A DNA stretch of 64,000 nt from Magallana gigas (lineage: Eukaryota): positions 1,054,001 to 1,118,000 of the forward strand of contig NC_088858.1 of assembly GCF_963853765.1 (NCBI RefSeq). Direction: 5' to 3'. Made by a program: the position numbers and the translations under genes. Below are positions 1 to 13,235 of this stretch, in pieces. Position 1 is the stretch's first letter, and every line of letters starts with the position of its first letter. A model generated the notes under the pieces. The model did no database searches. It saw nothing but the letters and a program-made list of their open reading frames with translations, and had not been told where the DNA came from.

Positions 1-360
1 ATAAATTCTTAAAGCAAATTTTTGACAAACACCAAAAGCTGGAACTATATAGGATATACTGTATGTACAGAGTAGATACATGATTTCATGGAGCAGACAA
101 GAAAGATAAATCCTTTAATTTACTACACTAAGCCAACAACTCTCCATGGAGAGAAAGCAATGTATGAAATTCTAAACAACACAGGGTGGATATATGAAAA
201 CTAAAACACTCATTGTCTCTTTCTCTCTGTCTCTCTCATATCCACACAAATGAACAACAAGAAAACCGAGAGTCGGCCCTGGATATAACTACATGTATAA
301 ACACATGTAAGTCACAGACAAAATAAGATATAACACTTAATGCATGTGCATTGGTATATA

Positions 361-579
361 CAGTAGATTCCTAACTAAACGCGAGGAATTAATATCCGTG
401 TAAAATTGCAAGAGGCAGATCTTTTAAAATCTCACTTTTATTTTTTTTTCAACCAAATGTTAACTAAATAAAACTATTCAAAATAACAATTCTGTGTGTC
501 CGATTTTATATTCTCGCGATTTGATGCAAAATGGTTGAATTGCGTAATAAAGTACTCGCGTAGAATAAGGAATCTACAG
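361..579. mobile_element. MITE with imperfect TIRs (Tc1/mariner-like); second copy at 7750-7968
   Basis: The left end ta|cagtagattcctaactaaacgcgag is the inverted match of the right end ctcgcgtagaataaggaatctacag. Confidence 0.6.
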
Positions 580-1949
580 AATAAAGGTATATAAAGAATA
601 TTTTTCATCATTCTGCCCTTATAAAATATTGTTAATTCAAATCATGCTTTAATTGATAGATGCAATTATGATTGTCAGTATCAACCGATCTGATCCAATC
701 GCAAACTGAGAATAAATAAAAGATAAACATCTAGCATGATCAAATGAATGCACCAAGGTTACGAGGGAATCGGTTCTTACTGTAAATGCCTTGTTATGGT
801 AGGACTGAAACAGAAACAGCCTCAGGTTAATGTTAGCACTGACTCTGTATAATTCAGGGATCAGATCAAAAGTTGACAGAATTTCAGGAGGCAGGGTGGT
901 CATGGCCACTTTATAGCTCTTTTTTACACGTTAAAAAGAAACATTGGATGAAATTTTTGTAACTACGTGTATGGTTGCTAGTGCTTGTTATGGGAAAAAA
1001 AACAGTTAACTGAGAAGAGAGGTAATAATCGATTTTTACGGAGTCATGATATAAGTTGTGATTTGGGTAATTAAAATTTAGCATGCTTGAAGATGTGTTT
1101 ATGAACCAAATATTAACCATCCAACCTCCTTAATAATTTATGAAACTTAATAATTATACAGGTTAGCAATCAATTTTTTTGTTGATATACTAATTCTTCA
1201 AGAGCTATAAAACATTAAATGTAGATTTTATTTACAAATAAAGAGGAGAAAAGAGGTCCTGTTGTGTAATATTTAGAGAAACAGAAAACTAAGAGAACAA
1301 TGTAGCAGAGGAGAAATGACCTTAAATCTAGCTTTGTTATTACAAACAGTGTAAGGAGCACCCAACACAGCAATCCAGAGTGATATACAATAAGCCACAG
1401 TAAAAACCAATTATGATTATACTGGAAACAGTTAAGTTCCATAAAATTTGGAATTGTGTTCATCTCATTCCATCTAAGAATGATCAGCTATTCATTGCTA
1501 ATTTTTTTTCTGAAAGTTATATATACATAATTTTTTTCTTCAAAAAAAACTGATCATCACTCAGTTTTTATTCTTCATTTTGATTTTTCTTCAAAAAATC
1601 TTCCTACTGAAATCAAGAAAATATATGCTGCAAAAGAGTTCTAAATTACTGAAATTCAAGCATAGGCTTGCAACCAGGAATATTTAACTTACACACAAAA
1701 ATATCCCCACGGAGATTTTGCACTAGACTTGATTAAACTCATAGTTATCTTATTATTTTTTTTTATCTAGCTAAAAAATAAATCCTGGGTGCAAGCTCCT
1801 ATATCTACATCTACAAAGCGTTCAGAGACCTAGGTCCCTGTCTAGATGTGGGTCATGGATCACCGTAAGACCAGTAGATACACTGCGGTACGTCTATAGC
1901 CTACTGTTAGTACAATGTAGAAGCGAGGAAGCAGTTAGTGTGCGGAGAG

Positions 1950-2099
1950 TCACACCGTGTGATATGTAACCTGCTCGTCCTTGGGGTCGCCTTCTCTATC
2001 AGACCCCTCCTCCGAGCCCTGGTCAGCTCGATTACTCCCAGAATCCTCAGCACGATCAGCCCTCTTAACTTCCTGTTCCTCAGCCTCACGAGGCTCAGG
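1950..2099 (-). CDS. Duplicated FERM gene exon 13' (PEPREAEEQEVKRADRAEDSGSNRADQGSEEGSDREGDPKDEQVTYHTV*)
   Basis: Acceptor ttttcctgtaattag|, phase 0, GC-rich open frame to TGA; duplicate of 9340-9489. This frame is not in the ORF track. Confidence 0.6.
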   Translation of the reverse strand, partial: PEPREAEEQEVKRADRAEDSGSNRADQGSEEGSDREGDPKDEQVTYHTV

Positions 2100-2884
2100 C
2101 TAATTACAGGAAAAGAGCATGCATTATTCCTGATTACATTGTGTGTTAGAGAGTTAAAAGTACATTGTTGTATCAATATTACAGGCATAACCTTAATGTT
2201 AAGGTCAAGATCTAGTAAATGATTCCAAAGTGTCTTTTTGGTGCTAGAACCATTATGATGTCATAATTGATTTGAAGAATCTTTTCCCATACTTTACGGC
2301 TTTGTAGGAAATATGTAGAAAATTAAACAATTTCTTGACATTCTATGTTAACTCATGGGAAAAGTAATCCCGATACCTATATTCAGTTTGACATAATTTA
2401 AATAAGAGGTCAAGAGCTTGTTTAATTCCATTTTTGGGGAGACTTTAGGCATTCTAGATCTATTTTATTAGTCAAAAATGGACAAAACTCCAAAATTTGT
2501 TCCTCAGTTCCTTCATATTTCATTGAAAATGACAGTTTAAAACATGATTTAAATTTCATTGTGTTTACCAAAAATTTTAGCCACGGTACACCCTATCAAA
2601 CAAAGCCATTGTTATGAAGCATCATTGAAAGAATTTATATCTTAAATTTTATGAACCTGTAGGCACCTTTCATTTACTAGATCTTGACCTTAAATTGGAT
2701 TAAATAACCTTTATTTCTTTTCAAAATTTAAAATTTTGTATTATACTATAACCACAGACAACAGCAACAAATCGTTATGTTCAGTGCATGCCTAAAATAA
2801 AAGGTACAGGATACTGATTCCTGAATAAGTAATATTAACAGAACTTTACTCCATTGGACCACCATTAGACTTACAGACATCATA

Positions 2885-3105
2885 CTGTGGAATCATTTCA
2901 ATTCATACGGTCCAATTTTCGTGGATTGCTTAAATTTTACAGTTTCTTGGGGACATAATTTCGTGTTTTATCATACACCTAAAAAAAGAAATATGACTTA
3001 TAATAATCATAATTTAGTAATTCGTGGAGAACGTAAATTCATGGATGAAAGGTACCCACGAATTCCACGAAAATTGAGCCAACACGAAATCTAATGATTC
3101 CACAG
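2885..3105. mobile_element. MITE with TA target duplication (Tc1/mariner-like); second copy at 12584-12804
   Basis: ta|ctgtggaatcatt ... aatgattccacag|ta. Confidence 0.8.
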
Positions 3106-3194
3106 TATCTGCTCATGCTGCTTCAAGAACGATGAACCAAGAATTACCTAAAACAAAACAAAAATGTGGCAAAAAAACAACACAACTCACTGAC

Positions 3195-3536
3195 CTTGTC
3201 ATCTTTCTGTTCCTCAAAGCTGCTCATCCTTCGTGGTGCCCTGTCCATCGTCACGATGGTTTCCGAGGTAGCAGACACGGCCACGGCTTCCTGCCATTTC
3301 TCCTCCACCGCCGGCTTCTTTTTCTTTTCCTTGGCCAGCCGCTTCTTCTCCTTCTCTTCCTCTTTCTTCTTCCGTTTCTGTTCTTCTTTCTCTTTCTTTT
3401 TGCGCTCCTTGTCCTCTTTCTCGCGCTTCTTTCTCTCCTCCTTACTGAGGAGTTCCGGGGGGTCGAGAGGTGGGGAGGGAAGGTCGTGCACACTGGGAGG
3501 TTCTTGCTGGGTGGGAGGAGCATCAACTGACCTTTC
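3195..3536 (-). CDS. Duplicated FERM gene exon 12' (Lys/Glu-rich, ERSVDAPPTQQ...EEQKDDK)
   Basis: Acceptor ctttgtag|gaa and donor aag|gtcagt, 342 nt, phase 0/0; duplicate of 12894-13235. Confidence 0.65.
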
Positions 3537-3981
3537 CTACAAAGCAATGTATTAATCGTATCAAATGATGCCTTCTGTGTTAACTCTGCTTTTCTTGCCC
3601 ACAAAGTTTTATGCCTATCATAACTATTTTGCTTAAGATTTCAATTCTTGGTTTCCTATTAACATTTTAAGTTTTATGCAAAATATACCAGTAAATGTAA
3701 ACATTACAAAGCAATTCAAGTATTAATAAGCTTTAAATTCCTCCTGTCAAGTTCTTATTAACTACAATGCATGGGGAATGAATCTGGTCAATATATTATG
3801 TGTATAGTAAGTTTCTTTTTTAATTTTACAATCTAAATCTTCAGGCTGAATTTGAAAAGATTTTAAATAGATAAATATATAAGTGTTTATGTGTATTTGG
3901 CATACTATCAAAATATCCCAACCTCCACTTTTGAGATGTGATGATATTCAAAAAAAGATTTCTCGGTTTGCAGCTTGTAAC

Positions 3982-4971
3982 TACGAAAGACGAATAGGGC
4001 CACATAAACAAATATTTTTATCTCGTAATTACGAGATCTCGTTATTACGTGTTAATTATCTCGTTATTACGAGAAAAGATCTCGTTATTACAAGTTAATT
4101 ATCTCGTTATTACGAGAAAAGATATCGTTATTACGAGTAAATAATCTCGTTAAAAGATCTATTTAAAATGGTGGGTTTCATTGTTCTATTCCCTTCATGT
4201 AAAGTGTATGAACTAGTGCAATGTTTATTTGCTTTTAGACTCAGAATGTTAATATACAAAATCAATTATTTTCAATATACATGTAGGTTGTGTATGAACA
4301 TATAAAACACAATTCGGGTAAATCCTATATATCCATGATTGAAACTATATAGTAATTTATGTCATCTGTAACAAATAGAATTGTGTTTTTACGACTCTAG
4401 GACTACCTGGTATTTACTTCGGAGTGGGATTTTAGTATACAAGTTGAAAACTTTTTTCACTTATTCATATAACATAAAATGTCAAATCCGATCATTTTAT
4501 GTAAAAATTAAAGAAATAATGATCGTCGTTATTTAAAAATTATTCGAAATTAAATCAACGTTTCTAGAAAGAAAAAGATAGACTGTAAGGGTGATCCAGT
4601 CGACTAGGAGGTCTTTTCAGAAACGCACCATTTTATATAGATTTTAACCCGTAATCTTTTCTCGTTATAACGGGATAATTAAGTCGTAATAACGAGATCT
4701 TTTCTCGTAATACCGAGATAATTAACTCGTAATAACGATATCTTTTCTCGTAATAACGAGATAATCAACTCGTAATACCGAGATAATTAACTCGTAATAA
4801 CGATATCTTTTCTCGTAATTACGAGATAATTAACTCGTTATTACGATATTTTTTCTCGTAATTACGAGATAGTTAACTCGTAAATACGAGATGGTTAACT
4901 CGTAATAACGAGATCTTTTCTCGTAATTATGAGATAAAAATATTTTTATGTGGCCCTATTCGTCTTTCGTA
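3982..4971. mobile_element. Foldback-type non-autonomous DNA transposon
   Basis: About 50-bp TIRs (tacgaaagacgaatagggccacataa... / ...ttatgtggccctattcgtctttcgta) with TA ends, plus mirror-oriented internal arrays of ctcgttattacgag/ctcgtaataacgag units. Confidence 0.9.
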
Positions 4972-5708
4972 TGTAACGGCTATGAAGTTGAAACTAATGT
5001 TGTGTTTGAAATAATTTTACTTAAGGGTGATCGGAGAATTATTTAAACATGTGTCAAAAAGTGAAAAAAAAAAGCAGATGCATCCATAGATATAGTATCT
5101 TCAAAACCCGACTAATATGGTGTCCTAAGACAATCCTTTGTAAAATAACGGTTGTTTTCAATGAAAAACGGCAAAAAGGAAATTCAACAAATTGGAGTAT
5201 ATAACTTCCTGGTCAGAGACGGTGAATGTCCGGAAAGAGTTAAGTGGTTAATGTTATAGCACGAGAAAAAAAACCGTGATTTTCCGTTTCCTCCTCGGAC
5301 AACCTTTGAAAGGAATGAGGTGAAGACCCATGGAAGAGAAGCACGTCAACCGATTCTGTTGCTAAGAAACGCAGTAAAATGCTATGAAAAAAACTATGGC
5401 AACAAACCAATATCCCCGTGATTTTTACTACTGTTTCAGGAAGATGCGTGGATGGTCAACAAGTTACTTATCAGATATGCCTTAAAATTTGACTATGATG
5501 TATTTATTCATAAAATATTACTAGTATATAGTAAAGAAATATTAAATTTGAATATTTTATTATGTCGGTACACAAAGCTTGTAGTCTTATGGTGAATAGG
5601 GTTGTATGGGACACTTCCATATTGTGACGTACTTCCTATCGAACTAAACAATAAAATCAAGTATAATCATTTTTTTTCTGTCCCAAAATTGTTACACTGC
5701 TCTTAACA

Positions 5709-5775
5709 GCATATCTCAGTTGGTTAGAGTGCGAATTACGGATGTGTTAGTCATGAGTTCAAATCTCACTGGGGC
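5709..5775 (+). mobile_element. Degenerate tRNA-derived (Pol III A/B box) repeat head
   Basis: A-box-like tatctcagttggttag and B-box gagttcaaatctc; no intact cloverleaf. Confidence 0.55.
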
Positions 5776-7197
5776 TTTTAAAATTTGAACCTTTCCCAAC
5801 ATTTTTAAAACACATTTTGTGGTCAAATATTGTTATATTAGAAAATTCTAAATCGGTGAAAGCATTATGAATATAATGTACCTGAATCCAATAGAATACC
5901 AACAGGTGCCCCATACCACCTTCATATATTCTAAATATTGGCCACAACCACCTAACCCCCGGCAGGTCAATGGACATATTCAATGGTGAAAATATTGGAC
6001 ATGAAAAACTCATTTTATTAATGCACACATGTAAAAAAAATTTAGCATCTTGATCTCGTGGCTGAAATAAATACAGTATGAATAATTCTAATTATTCCAA
6101 TCCAATTTTCCAATGTGCTCGGCAACCCTGCATCTCATCACATCCTACAGCCCCTCAAACTCCTAACGAATAAAAGAAAGACAGAACTATTTGTTTACAA
6201 GTTTAATTATTAAATTCATCCCGTGTAAAATCTCATCATCATAAGATAGCATTAGCTGAATGATATCCAATTGCTATAATGTCTAGCTCCGTGTTACACT
6301 CTGGGAGTATAAGAGATACATCCATCCAGATTCATCAAATACATTTGTGTCCGTTTTGCATCCGTTAGTCTTTTTACAAGGCCATGAATTATTCTGTTCA
6401 TTCCCAAATTCAAAAGAGAAAGAAAGTTTTAGACAAATTTTCTTAGCACATCATGATGAAGCAATATAAAACGGTCATGATTAAATATATGACCTAAATC
6501 AATTAAAATATTTGTTGATTCAACATATCATGTTTCTTATAGTAATCTACAATTCTACAAATATATGAAAGGGAATGTCTCAAAAATAACTTGGTAAAAC
6601 ATTTGATTAGTAAAAATGGGTATAAAAAGAGGAATATATAAAATGATTTCTAAAATTTGAAATTCATTCACCAGAGATAAAATTTGAACAAGGCATAGTA
6701 TTTAAATGGCACAACCATCCAACAAATAAATAATCAGTAAAAATCACTAGTGATAAATACACCATCTTTCTAAAAGTAACAGGGACAACCATCAATATAT
6801 AACAATGGAATTATGGTTACATCACATCAACTTCATGGAATGTCTATATACATGCATACATAAATTTGGTGTATACATAATTATTTGGACAGATATGAAT
6901 ATGAATTACATGTCCTCGTAATGATATAAAAAGTTTAAAGTAACAAGATTAGCTGACAATGAATAAACAGACAAAAATGGTTTCTATGAATAACATGCTA
7001 ATGCCAAATCTGTCAGCCAATCAGATTTCTTGTTACATTGAAGCTATGCTTCCCAACTATAAAAAAAATAATTGAACAGTGATAAGCAGATGAGTTTGAA
7101 CACTTTCTACTATAGTCCCCTAAGTTTGTAGTTCTATTGCTGCATCACAGTTCTCTTCATCCACTTGTCTGGCTTGTCAATTGCTGCAGGTTCAAAT

Positions 7198-7257
7198 CTA
7201 TAAATCAAACTCCTCTCCCACTCGATCTGTGCTGCGATTCAGGTCTTCTTCTTTGGC
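7198..7257 (-). CDS. FERM gene candidate terminal exon 14 (AKEEDLNRSTDRVGEEFDL*)
   Basis: Acceptor attctatgcttctag|gcc, phase 0, coding-like composition, TAG stop, then AT-rich 3'UTR-like sequence with AATAAA near 6013. Confidence 0.6.
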   Translation of the reverse strand, partial: AKEEDLNRSTDRVGEEFDL

Positions 7258-9339
7258 CTAGAAGCATAGAATAATGCATAATTATGCAATTATATTAATG
7301 TTTTAAGAAGGAATCTTTTTTAAGACAACAAAATCAACGGATTTTATGCACAACTTGTCAGTTATAAGGTGTTATTAAATAAAAATCACAATAAATTCTT
7401 AAAGCAAATTTTTGACAAACACCAAAAGCTGGAACTATATAGGATATACTGTATGTACAGAGTAGATACATGTTTCATGGAGCAGACAAGAAAGATAAAT
7501 CCTTTAATTTACTACACTAAGCCAACAACTCTCCATGGAGAGAAAGCAATGTATGAAATTCTAAACAACACAGGGTGGATATATGAAAACTAAAACACTC
7601 ATTGTCTCTTTCTCTCTGTCTCTCTCATATCCACACAAATGAACAACAAGAAAACCGAGAGTCGGCCCTGAATATAACTACATGTATAAACACATGTAAG
7701 TCACAGACAAAATAAGATATAACACTTAATGCATGTGCATTGGTATATACAGTAGATTCCTAACTAAACGCGAGGAATTAATATCCGTGTAAAATTGCAA
7801 GAGGCAGATCTTTTAAAATCTCACTTTTATTTTTTTTTCAACCAAATGTTAACTAAATAAAACTATTCAAAATAACAATTCTGTGTGTCCGATTTTATAT
7901 TCTCGCGATTTGATGCAAAATGGTTGAATTGCATAATAAAGTACTCGCGTAGAATAAGGAATCTACAGAATAAAGGTATATAAAGAATATTTTTCATCAT
8001 TCTGCCCTTATAAAATATTGTTAATTCAAATCATGCTTTAATTGATAGATGCAATTATGATTGTCAGTATTAACCGATCTGATCCAATCGCAAACTGAGA
8101 ATAAATAAAAGATAAACATCTAGCATGATCAAATGGATGCACCAAGGTTACGAGGGAATCGGTTCTTACTGTAAACGCCTTGTTATGGTAGGACTGAAAC
8201 AGAAACAGCCTCAGGTTAATGTTAGCACTGACTCTGTATAATTCAGGGATCAGATCAAAAGTTGACAGAATTTCAGGAGGCAGGGTGGTCATGGCCACTT
8301 TATAGCTCTTTTTTACACGTTAAAAAAGAAACATTGGATGAAATTTTTGTAACTACGTGTATGGTTGCTAGTGCTTGTTATGGGAAAAAAACAGTTAACT
8401 GAGAAGAGAGGTAATAATTGATTTTTACGGAGTCATGATATAAGTTGTGATTTGGGTAATTAAAATTTAGCATGCTTGAAGATGTGTTTATGAACCAAAT
8501 ATTAACCATCCAACCTCCTTAATAATTTATGAAACTTAATAATTATACAGGTTAGCAATCAATTTTTTTGTTGATATACTAATTCTTCAAGAGCTATAAA
8601 ACATTAAATGTAGATTTTATTTACAAATAAAGAGGAGATAAGAGGTCCTGTTGTGTAATATTTAGAGAAACAGAAAACTAAGAGAACAATGTAGCAGAGG
8701 AGAAATGACCTTAAATCTAGCTTTGTTATTACAAACAGTGTAAGGAGCACCCAACACAGCAATCCAGAGTGATATACAATAAGCCACAGTAAAAACCAAT
8801 TATGATTATACTGGAAACAGTTAAGTTCCATAAAATTTGGAATTGTGTTCATCTCATTACATCTAAGAATGATCAGCTATTCATTGCTAATTTTTTTTCT
8901 GAAAGTTATATATACATAATTTTTTTCTTCAAAAAAAACTGATCATCACTCAGTTTTTATTCTTCATTTTGATTTTTCTTCAAAAAATCTTCCTACTGAA
9001 ATCAAGAAAATATATGCTGCAAAAGAGTTCTAAATTACTGAAATTCAAGCATAGGCTTACAACCAGGTATATTTAACTTACACACAAAAAATATCCCCAC
9101 GGAGATTTTGCACTAGACTTGATTAAACTCATAGTTATCTTATTATTTTTTTTTATCTAGCTAAATAATAAATCCTGGGTGCAAGCTTTTATATCTACAT
9201 CTACAAAGCGTTCAGAGACCTAGGTCCCTGTCTAGATGTGGGTCATGGATCACCGTAAGACCAGTAGATACACTGCGGTACGTCTATAGCCTACTGTTAG
9301 TACAATGTAGAAGCGAGGAAGCAGTTAGTGTGCGGAGAG

Positions 9340-9489
9340 TCACACCGTGTGATATGTAACCTGCTCGTCCTTGGGGTCGCCTTCTCTATCAGACCCCTCC
9401 TCCGAGCCCTGGTCAGCTCGATTACTCCCAGAATCCTCAGCACGATCAGCCCTCTTAACTTCCTGTTCCTCAGCCTCACGAGGCTCAGG
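9340..9489 (-). CDS. FERM gene exon 13 (PEPREAEEQ...EQVTYHTV*); may instead use an internal donor to join exon 14
   Basis: Acceptor cctgtaattag|cct, phase-compatible with exon 12, acidic open frame ending in TGA. Confidence 0.65.
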   Translation of the reverse strand, partial: PEPREAEEQEVKRADRAEDSGSNRADQGSEEGSDREGDPKDEQVTYHTV

Positions 9490-9867
9490 CTAATTACAGG
9501 AAAAGAGCATGCATTATTCCTGATTACATTGTGTGTTAGAGAGTTAAAAGTACATTGTTGTATCAATATTACAGGCATAACCTTAATGTTAAGGTCAAGA
9601 TCTAGTAAATGATTCTAAAGTGTCTTTTTGGTGCTAGAACCATTATGATGTCATAATTGATTTGAAGAATCTTTTTCCCATACTTTACGGCTTTGTAGGA
9701 AATATGTAGAAAATTAAACAATTTCTTGACATTCTATGTTAACTCATGGGAAAAGTAATCCCGATACCTATATTCAATTTGACATCATTTAAAGAAGAGG
9801 TCAAGAGCTTGTTTAATTCCATTTTGGGGGAGACTTTAGGCATTCTAGATCTATTTTATTAGTCAAA

Positions 9868-12179
9868 CATAGGTAATCACAGATTACAAAGCTCACCGAG
9901 ACGAGGCATCAACTTTATGAGGCATCACCTTTAAAACCACCTTTATCATATGATATGAAAATCATAGTTAATGATCTTGGATATTCATGGATACTGTTTT
10001 GACACAATATCGTATATCATATGTAAAAAAATTGTATGATAATCCTATGTTCACTTCATACATTATTATAAGATACAATGTTTATCAATACAATAATATA
10101 AAATATGATATTGCATCCAATGATACTTACAATATATATCATTTAATACAATATAATACTGTAATAAATATTGATGCAATATGATTTTGTAACATATAAT
10201 ATGACATTGTATCGTGTTATACATTATTGTATTTAATCACATAATACAATATCATAATATCTAATATAAATACAATATAGCATTATTTGATACTATATCA
10301 TATCACATAATACATCACAATATTGTAACATATGATATTATATTGTATAATATAGTATAATTTTGTATTGTATGATATTGTATCATATTTGATACACAAT
10401 ATTGTATCATATGATACAATATAATTTGATAAAACATTGTTTCATATCATATGATACAATATCATCTGATACAGTACGATATTATATAATACAATATCAT
10501 TTTATACAATATCATATCATATGATACAATATCATATTATACAATATCATATTATATGATATCTTATAATATCATATAATACAATTTCATGTATTATATA
10601 ACAATATATTATATAAACCAATATCATATTATACAATATTGTATCATACGATATGCTATAATTATAATATACAATATCGTATCATATGATACAATATCAT
10701 ATATTGCAATATAATATGAAACAATATCATTCGATAAAATAATATATTATACAATATCATATTCTACAATATTGTATAATAATATACAATACTATACATA
10801 ACAATATCATAATACAATATCATATAATAATGTACAAAAAAATTGATACAATATCATATCATATCATATAACTTTTTACAATATAATGTATGATATTACA
10901 TTGTATCATATAAAACAATAGTGTATCATATCATAGAATACTATATCATAGGAATCATGTTAAATCATTTAACAACAAACACATCTATCAAGCAGGTTTG
11001 AGTGAGGTAGGAGAATTTTTAGCATCCTTGATAATGGAGATCAGGCTCTGCATCTGAAGCTACCTCTGCAATTCATTTATATTATAGTTAAATCAATTAT
11101 GCAAGCTATTATCTATAAAACATGTAACCTGTTCCAAAAAACTAAACCTCATCCAGCATCCGAAACCTATGGCTCAGATTCAGCATTCAAGCCTGTCAGA
11201 TGCATCAGTATCATGAGATGCATCATCCCTGCAAGTTTGGTGATGTAAGGACCAGTAATAACTAAGATATAATCATCAGAGGGCACCTGCTCTAAAAACT
11301 TTAACCAGCTCTTAAAACCTTAACCTCATCCAGCATCCGAAACCTATGGCTCAGATTCAGCATTCATGCCTGTCAGGTGCATCAGTATCGTAAGACGCAC
11401 CATCCTTGCAAGTTTGGTGAAGTTAGGACCAGAAATAACTAAGATATATTTTTTAGCATCCTTGATAATGGAGATCAGGCTCTGCATCTGAAGCTACCTC
11501 TGCCATTCATTTATATTATAGTTAGATCATATATGCAAGTTTGAAATAGTGCTATTACCTACATATATTAAACATGTGACCTGTTCCAAAAAAACTAAAC
11601 CTCATCCAGCATCCGAAACCTATGGCTCAGATTCAGCATTCAAGCCTGTCAGGTGCAAAAGTATCATAAGACACACCATCCATGCAAGTTTGGTGAAGTA
11701 AGGACCAGTAATAACTAAGATATGATCATCAGAGGGCACCTGCTCTAAAAACTTTAACCAGCTCTTAAAACCTTAACCTCATCCAGCATCCGAAACCTAT
11801 GGCTCAGATTCAGCATTCAAGCCTGTCAGGTGCATCAGTATCATAAGACACACCATCTATGCAAGTTTGGTGAAGTTTGGACCAGTAGTAACTTAGAAAT
11901 GGCTATCAAAGGGCACCTGCAACAAAAACTTTAACCTGCTCCAAACACCTTAACCTCCTCCAGCATCTGAAATTCATGGCCCAGATTCAGCATCCAAGTC
12001 TCTCAAGTCCATTAGTAGGTCCAGATGCATCATTCATGCAAGTTTGGTGAAGATAGGACAAGTAATAAGTTAGATACAGGACCTGCAACAAAAACTTTAA
12101 CCAGGTCCGGACGCCGACGCCGACGCCGACGCCGAGGGTATAGCATAAGCTCCCCCCGACTTCGTCTCGGTGAGCTAAA
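9868..12179 (-). mobile_element. Non-autonomous Helentron (HINE/pearl-like) carrying a 177-bp satellite and an AT-rich tract
   Basis: Subterminal inverted repeats agctcaccgagac at both ends, 3' palindrome gtaatc-tgt-gattac and (cggcgt)n near the 5' end. Inserted in a T-run with no TSD; the empty site gtcaaaaatgg is visible in copy B near 2471. Confidence 0.88.
11145..12108. repeat. 177-bp tandem satellite (about 5 monomers) inside the HINE
   Basis: Monomer starts aacctc(a/c)tccagcatc at 11145, 11322, 11598, 11775 and 11952. The 177-bp spacing is broken once by a duplicated linker. Confidence 0.9.
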
Positions 12180-12893
12180 AATGGACAAAACTCCAAAATT
12201 TGTTCCTCAATTCCTTCATATTTCATTGAAAATGACAGTTTAAAACATGATTTTTCATTGTGTTTACCAAAAATTTTAGCCCCGGTACACCCTATCAAAC
12301 AAAGCCATTGTTATGAAGCATCATTGAAAGAATTTATATCTTAAATTTTATGAACCTGTAGGCACCTTTCATTTACTAGATCTTGACATTCAATTGGATT
12401 AGATAACCTTTATTTCTTTTCAAAGTTTAAAATTTTGTATTTAACTATAACCACAGACAACAGCAACAAATCGTTATGTTCAAAGCATGCCTAAAATAAA
12501 AGGTACAGGATACTGATTCCTGAATAAGTAATATTAACAGAACTTTACTCCATTGGACCACCATTAGACTTACAGACATCATACTGTGGAATCATTTCAA
12601 TTCATACGGGACAAATTTCGTGGATTGCTTAAATTTTACAGGTTCTTGGGGACATAATTTCATGTTTTATCATACACCTAAAAAAAGAAATATGACTTAT
12701 AATAATCATAATTTAGTAATTCGTGGAGGATGTAAATTCATGGATGAAAGGTACCCACGAATTCCACGAAAATTGAGCCACCACAAAATCTAATGATTCC
12801 ACAGTCTCTACTCATGCTGCTTCAAGAACGATGAACCAAGAATTACCTAAAACAAAACAAAAATATGGCAAAAAAACAACACAACTCACTGAC

Positions 12894-13235
12894 CTTGTCA
12901 TCTTTCTGTTCCTCAAAGCTGCTCATCCTTCGTGGTGCCCTGTCCATCGTCACGATGGTTTCCGAGGTAGCAGACACGGCCACGGCTTCCTGCCATTTCT
13001 CCTCCACCGCCGGCTTCTTCTTCTTTTCCTTGGCCAGCCGCTTCTTCTCCTTCTCTTCCTCTTTCTTCTTTCGTTTCTGTTCTTCTTTCTCTTTCTTTTT
13101 GCGCTCCTTCTCTTCTTTCTCGCGCTTCTTTCTCTCCTCCTTACTGAGGAGTTCCGGGGGGTCGAGAGGTGGGGAGGGAAGGTCGTGCACACTGGGAGGT
13201 TCTTGCTGGGTGGGAGGAGCATCAACTGACCTTTC
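12894..13235 (-). CDS. FERM gene exon 12 (Pro-rich then Lys/Glu-rich charged helix)
   Basis: Acceptor ttgtag|gaaagg and donor aag|gtcagt, phase 0/0, compatible with the phase-0 donor at 20865. Confidence 0.75.

Larger units (their letters stand above)
1..3843. repeat. Segmental duplication copy B of 7391-13542 (3' exons of the FERM gene), truncated by the window start
   Basis: Position 1 (ataaattcttaaagcaaatt) matches 7391. The copies are colinear and near-identical until ...aaatcttca at about 3843/13542; copy A carries an extra ~2.3 kb insertion. Confidence 0.97.

Noticed and set aside
649-909. 86-aa ORF MAMTTLPPEIL... in both duplicate copies
   Set aside because: No domain similarity or convincing splice sites; persistence is explained by the recent duplication.
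1907-2222. Track ORFs of 93 and 94 aa (also at 9297-9612)
   Set aside because: Wrong-frame or antisense shadows of FERM exon 13; the spliceable frame is PEPREAEEQ...
3132-3604. Overlapping 132, 129 and 117 aa ORFs (also at 12831-13303)
   Set aside because: Antisense or alternative frames of the purine-rich exon 12; the Leu/Phe or Arg runs are compositional artefacts.
9340-9354. C-terminal YHTV as a PDZ ligand
   Set aside because: Position -2 is His, which fits neither class I (S/T) nor class II (hydrophobic).
11987-12298. ORFs in HINE satellite and termini (also 28481-28861 and 29434-29649)
   Set aside because: Non-coding element sequence; GVGVGV and RRRRR come from the (cggcgt)n microsatellite.
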